Assembly (NCBI GenBank): GCA_041601615.1
Contig: JBFIHX010000005.1
Span: 96,001 to 160,000 of the forward strand
Length of the DNA stretch: 64,000 nucleotides
Reading direction: 5' to 3'
Source: Thermoplasmatota archaeon
Lineage (GTDB): Archaea; Thermoplasmatota; E2; JACPAO01; JAHFTW01
In this document: positions 59,940-64,000 of the stretch, piece after piece
Layout of the letters: each line of letters starts with the position of its first letter
Numbering within the stretch: the first letter of the stretch is position 1
Position numbers and translations under genes: made by a program
The notes under the pieces: generated by a model
Told to the model about the DNA's origin: nothing
Database searches by the model: none
What the model saw: only the letters and a program-made list of their open reading frames with translations

Positions 59940-60296
59940 GTGACAGACGCCGTGCTGCAAAAACGCCTGCAAGTCCTGCGTCAAGGCGGTGACTGCTGCC
60001 AAGACCTTCCTGGCCTCGTTGCTCGGGTGCAAGCAGAACCAGCACGGGCAGGGCTCCAGCGGCGCTTTGAGGCACTGGCCGACGAGAATCGCCTCTTCAT
60101 TGCCCTGCTGCTTCGCGAACGGCCTGGTCTGTGTGCCTGCGAATTCCAAGCAGCACTCGATCTAACCCATCCAACCGTCAGCCACCACATGCGCGTCCTG
60201 CGCGAAGCTGGATTGGTGGATGCCGAGCGGCGCGGCCGATGGACGCACTACACCCTAACCACTACCGCAATCGAATTGCTCGATGGTGCGAACTGA
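59940..60296 (+). CDS. ArsR/SmtB family metal-sensing repressor
   Basis: FEALADENR, LCACEF (alpha3 Cys pair), PTVSHHMRVLREAGLV...RGRWTHY; N-terminal CC. Confidence 0.93.
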   Translation: MTDAVLQKRLQVLRQGGDCCQDLPGLVARVQAEPARAGLQRRFEALADENRLFIALLLRERPGLCACEFQAALDLTHPTVSHHMRVLREAGLVDAERRGRWTHYTLTTTAIELLDGAN

Positions 60297-60739
60297 GCGC
60301 CAACCATGCGCTCTGGCGAACAATCTGGGATTAGCCTGAATTTGGCCCGGTCGTGACTCGTTCATCAAACTCCATGGGGCTCTTGCGGAGGCGAATCATG
60401 CACGAGACTGCAATAGATGCCGCGAAAACCGGCAACATAGCCCATATCTGGCCGTAATTTTGCCAAGTTGTGCAACGAACGGGGCGGGCCCAACTTCCAA
60501 AATAGGGCCGCTTCGAGTCCTTCCTCCCAATCCTCCCCTGTCGCCCCGTTTTTCTCCGAGTCAGACGAACCCTCGGTGCCAGTGCGACTCTTGGAACAAC
60601 AGAGACGAGTGGAGGCTTCGGCTCGTGCCAGAGGACCTATCAAGGCCCTGTTCGTGTCTTGATTCTACGGGATGCGTGATGCTCCCCGGCGTCTTCGTCG
60701 GGGGTCGCAACGAGCGTAGGCCATGCAGGGGTGCACAAT

Positions 60740-63130
60740 ATGACAATGAAGGTCATCAATCGAAAAGGAGAGAGCGAAGAGGTCCGGTTCGACAAGATCC
60801 AGGACCGGATCAGCAGCCTGACCTACGGGCTGCATTCGAGCGTGGATGTTGCCGAGGTGACAAAAAAGGTCATCGAGGGAATGGCCGACGGAATCACCAC
60901 GCGCCAGCTGGACAAGCTGGCCTCAGAGACCGCCGCGTCCATGATGACGACCCACCCGGACTACGGCAAACTCGCCGCCCGCATCGCGGTCAACGACCTG
61001 CACAAGCAGACGAAGGAATCATTCGCCGAGACCATTGAAACGCTCTACGCCTACATCGACCCCAAGACCGGCAAACACGCGCCGCTCATCGCCGACGATG
61101 TCCTGGAAATCGTGCGCAACAACGCCGACACCCTCGACGCCGCCGTCCGCTTCGAGCGCGACTACGAATACGACTTCTTTGGCTTCAAAACCCTCGAACG
61201 AAGCTACCTCCTGAAAGTGGACAACGAAATCGCCGAACGCCCCCAGCACATGCTGATGCGCGTCTCCGTAGGCATCCACAAAAACGACATCCCCAGCGCC
61301 CTAGAGACCTACGAACTGCTCTCGCAGGGCTACTTCACCCACGCCACCCCCACGCTCTTCAACGCCGGCACCCCCCGCAGCCAGATGAGCAGCTGCTTCC
61401 TTCTCGACATGAAGGACGACAGCTTGGAAGGCATCTACGACACCCTCAAGCAATGCGCGATGATCAGCAAGTCCGCCGGCGGACTCGGCCTCGCCATCCA
61501 CAAAGTACGCGCTCAAGGCAGCTACATTCGGGGCACCAACGGCGCCAGCAACGGCCTCGTGCCGATGCTCCGCGTCTTCAACAACACCGTCCGCTACGTG
61601 GACCAAGGTGGCGGCAAGCGCAAAGGTGCCCTCGCGGTCTACCTCGAACCCTGGCACGCCGACGTATTCGAATTCCTGCAACTTCGCAAAAACCACGGCG
61701 TCGAAGAACAACGCGCCCGCGACTTGTTCTACGCCATGTGGATTCCTGACCTCTTCATGAAGCGCGTCGAGGACGACGGCACCTGGAGCCTCATGTGCCC
61801 CGACGAATGCCCCGGCATGGACGAAGTGTACGGCGACGAATTCGAAGCGCTCTACACGAAGTACGAAGCCCAAGGCAAGTTCCACCGCCAAGTTCGTGCC
61901 CGCGAACTCTGGGAAGAGATCCTCGGCGCCCAAATCGAAACCGGCACGCCGTACATGCTCTACAAGGACAACGTCAACAAGAAGAGCCAACAGAAGAACA
62001 TCGGCATCATCCGCAGCAGCAACCTCTGCACCGAGATCGTCGAGCACACCAACCCCGACGAAGTGGCCGTGTGCAACCTCGCCAGTCTCGCCCTCCCCAA
62101 GTTCGTCAACACTGAAAAGAAGGAGTATGACCACGAGGGCCTCTTCAACGTCGTCTACCACGCCGTTCGCAACCTCAACAAGGTCATCGACCTCAACTAC
62201 TACCCCGTAGAAGAGGCCAAGAGCAGCAACATGAAGCACCGCCCCGTCGGGCTTGGTGTTCAGGGCCTCGCAGACAGCTTTGCCATGCTCGGCTTGCCCT
62301 TCGACAGCGAAGAAGCGGCCCAGCTCAACAAGGACATCTTCGAGACCATTTACTTCGCAGCCCTGCAAAGCAGCAAGGACATCGCGGCGGAGCTGGGCCC
62401 GTACGAGACGTTCGCCGGCAGCCCCGCCAGTGAGGGCGTTCTCCAATTCGACATGTGGGGTGTACAACCCACCTCCGGTCGCTGGGACTGGACGACACTC
62501 AAGGCCCAAATCAAGCAACACGGCTTGCGCAACAGCCTCCTCGTGGCGCCCATGCCCACTGCCAGCACCAGCCAGATTCTGGGCAACAACGAGTGCTTCG
62601 AGCCGTTCACGAGCAACCTCTACACCCGCCGCACCCTCAGTGGCGAGTTCGTGGTCATCAACAAGCACCTCGTCAAGGACCTCCTGGCCGTCGGCTTGTG
62701 GAATGAGGAAATCAAGAACCAAATCGTGCTGGGCCAAGGCAGCATCCAGCGCATCGAGGCGATCCCGCAGCACATCCGCGACGTCTACAAGACGGTCTGG
62801 GAAATCAAGCAGCGCACCGTCATCGACATGGCCGCCGACCGTGGCGCCTTCATCGACCAGAGCCAGAGCTTGAACCTGCACGTCACTGAGCCGAACCTCG
62901 CCAAGATGACGAGCATGCACTTCCACGCCTGGCGCAAGGGCCTCAAGACCGGCATGTACTACCTGCGCACCAAGGCCGCCGCCAGTGCCTTGCAGTTCAC
63001 GGTGGACGCCAAGGAAGCCAAGGCGTTCCGCGAAAGCAGCGCCGCGAAGCCCGCCGCCGAGATGACGCCCGAAGAGCAGTTGGCGTGCAGCATCGACAAT
63101 CCGGAAGACTGCGTGGCTTGCGGTAGCTGA
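60740..63130 (+). CDS. nrdA: ribonucleoside-diphosphate reductase class Ia alpha subunit with ATP cone
   Basis: N-terminal ATP cone (KVINRKG...FDKI), [45 protein letters not shown]-terminal CVAC. Confidence 0.98.
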   Translation: MTMKVINRKGESEEVRFDKIQDRISSLTYGLHSSVDVAEVTKKVIEGMADGITTRQLDKLASETAASMMTTHPDYGKLAARIAVNDLHKQTKESFAETIETLYAYIDPKTGKHAPLIADDVLEIVRNNADTLDAAVRFERDYEYDFFGFKTLERSYLLKVDNEIAERPQHMLMRVSVGIHKNDIPSALETYELLSQGYFTHATPTLFNAGTPRSQMSSCFLLDMKDDSLEGIYDTLKQCAMISKSAGGLGLAIHKVRAQGSYIRGTNGASNGLVPMLRVFNNTVRYVDQGGGKRKGALAVYLEPWHADVFEFLQLRKNHGVEEQRARDLFYAMWIPDLFMKRVEDDGTWSLMCPDECPGMDEVYGDEFEALYTKYEAQGKFHRQVRARELWEEILGAQIETGTPYMLYKDNVNKKSQQKNIGIIRSSNLCTEIVEHTNPDEVAVCNLASLALPKFVNTEKKEYDHEGLFNVVYHAVRNLNKVIDLNYYPVEEAKSSNMKHRPVGLGVQGLADSFAMLGLPFDSEEAAQLNKDIFETIYFAALQSSKDIAAELGPYETFAGSPASEGVLQFDMWGVQPTSGRWDWTTLKAQIKQHGLRNSLLVAPMPTASTSQILGNNECFEPFTSNLYTRRTLSGEFVVINKHLVKDLLAVGLWNEEIKNQIVLGQGSIQRIEAIPQHIRDVYKTVWEIKQRTVIDMAADRGAFIDQSQSLNLHVTEPNLAKMTSMHFHAWRKGLKTGMYYLRTKAAASALQFTVDAKEAKAFRESSAAKPAAEMTPEEQLACSIDNPEDCVACGS

Positions 63131-63139
63131 GCGCCTCCG

Positions 63140-63170
63140 GGCTCCTTTTTCCTTTCCTTTCTCCCTTTGA
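63140..63170 (+). terminator. pyrimidine/T-rich terminator candidate after nrdA
   Basis: ctcctttttcctttcctttctcccctttg tract. Confidence 0.45.
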
Positions 63171-63223
63171 AGCCTTGGAGCGAAGCCTTCCCTTGGTTGG
63201 TTTGTATCGTAGTAATTACGAGA

Positions 63224-64000
63224 CTACGGCCCCGCTCCGCCGCGTCCCTTCCGCATGCGTAGGCTTCGGGGAATCGCCGATGCCAGCGCCAGGAGCAACA
63301 TCCCGCCCAGAGCCATTTGCTGACCAAGCACCGGCCATGGCGAAACGAGCACACCGTGTACTGCCGCCGCGAGGCCCAACCCGAGCGCCGCCTTCACGGC
63401 TGCCTTCTGGATGCGCAACCGAGCGAGGCCCGCCGACGAAATCGCCTGCAACGACGCGGCTGTTAAGCCTCCCGCCAGCCACACCCACCAGGCGCCGCCG
63501 GGCGCGGAAAGGGCGAGGTAGGCACTCGCCGCGATGAACAACGGGTAGGTGGTGAAGCAGCCGATGCAGAGGCGCAAGCCGGCGGCGTGGTACACGTCTT
63601 CCGCGTACTCGGGCGTGTGTGGGTGGTGGCTGAGCCAGTGGGCCGGTAGATGCCGGGTGAGGGGGATCAGTAGAGGTGCTGCGGCAAATGCGACAGCCAT
63701 TTCATGCGGTGCGGAGCCAAGGCAGGAACAATCGCCGCCGCCCGAACCTCCGCCGCCTCCGCTGCCCCCGCCTCCGCCGCCGCTGCTGGAACTGCTGCCT
63801 CCGTCGCCGCAACAACCGCCACAGCCATCGCCCCCGCCGTCCCCACTGCTGCCGTCTGCGTCACAGCAACAACAGCCTCCGCCGGCTGGGCAACAGGTTG
63901 GCTCGCAATCGCCGCATTGGCAATCACAATCGCAAAGTCCACCCCCGCAGCAACAAATATTGAGAAGGCAGCAGCCGAGGCCGGCTAAGAGCGCGATGCC
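63224..64000 (-). CDS. membrane protein with Cys/Gly-rich segment (5'-partial, runs off the window)
   Basis: The reading frame of ORF 63224..63700 stays open to 64000 and encodes GCCLLNICCCGGGLCDCDCQCGDCEPTCCPAGGGCCCCD...GCGGCC...CSC before MAVAF. Confidence 0.75.
   Translation of the reverse strand, partial: GIALLAGLGCCLLNICCCGGGLCDCDCQCGDCEPTCCPAGGGCCCCDADGSSGDGGGDGCGGCCGDGGSSSSSGGGGGGSGGGGGSGGGDCSCLGSAPHEMAVAFAAAPLLIPLTRHLPAHWLSHHPHTPEYAEDVYHAAGLRLCIGCFTTYPLFIAASAYLALSAPGGAWWVWLAGGLTAASLQAISSAGLARLRIQKAAVKAALGLGLAAAVHGVLVSPWPVLGQQMALGGMLLLALASAIPRSLRMRKGRGGAGP

Noticed and set aside
60740-63130. Intein or intron in nrdA (also checked rtcB and cdc6)
   Set aside because: Protein lengths are normal and the conserved motifs are contiguous.
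63704-63988. Ala-rich plus-strand ORF and the 91-aa minus ORF 63667-63942
   Set aside because: Alternative frames of the Cys/Gly-rich coding region, which is in frame with the downstream membrane domain.

Overview
High-GC archaeal chromosome segment. Orc1/Cdc6, a two-repeat tRNA splicing endonuclease, archease plus RtcB, Trm112, a membrane-anchored wHTH regulator and many lipoprotein/PKD/TSP3 surface proteins point to Thermoplasmatota; this taxonomy is inferred. Housekeeping content: cdc6, bolA/grxD, a tRNA-processing neighbourhood (archease, rtcB, THUMP/ThiI-like, tRNA-Leu(CAA), cysS, endA), hbd and thiolase, carA/carB, and class Ia RNR nrdB/nrdA. The most notable signals are not in the ORF track. 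(1) Four conserved loci (grxD 3' end, rtcB 3' end, carB 5' end, both ends of tRNA-Leu) carry short tandem copies of their own termini. The rtcB and carB copies are synonymously recoded, and three of the four loci share a GGGGC-n3/4-GCCCC palindrome. (2) A two-cassette integron array lies just after nrdB, with two attC sites whose core sites match, a HEPN cassette and a lipoprotein cassette, and no integrase in the window. (3) An unannotated 12-aa Cys-rich peptide gene (MDPNCNCPPGCC) with a strong Shine-Dalgarno sits divergent from an ArsR gene, with twin palindromic operators between them. (4) A Cys/Gly-rich membrane protein runs off the right edge. All calls were made by eye from sequence; no database searches were run.
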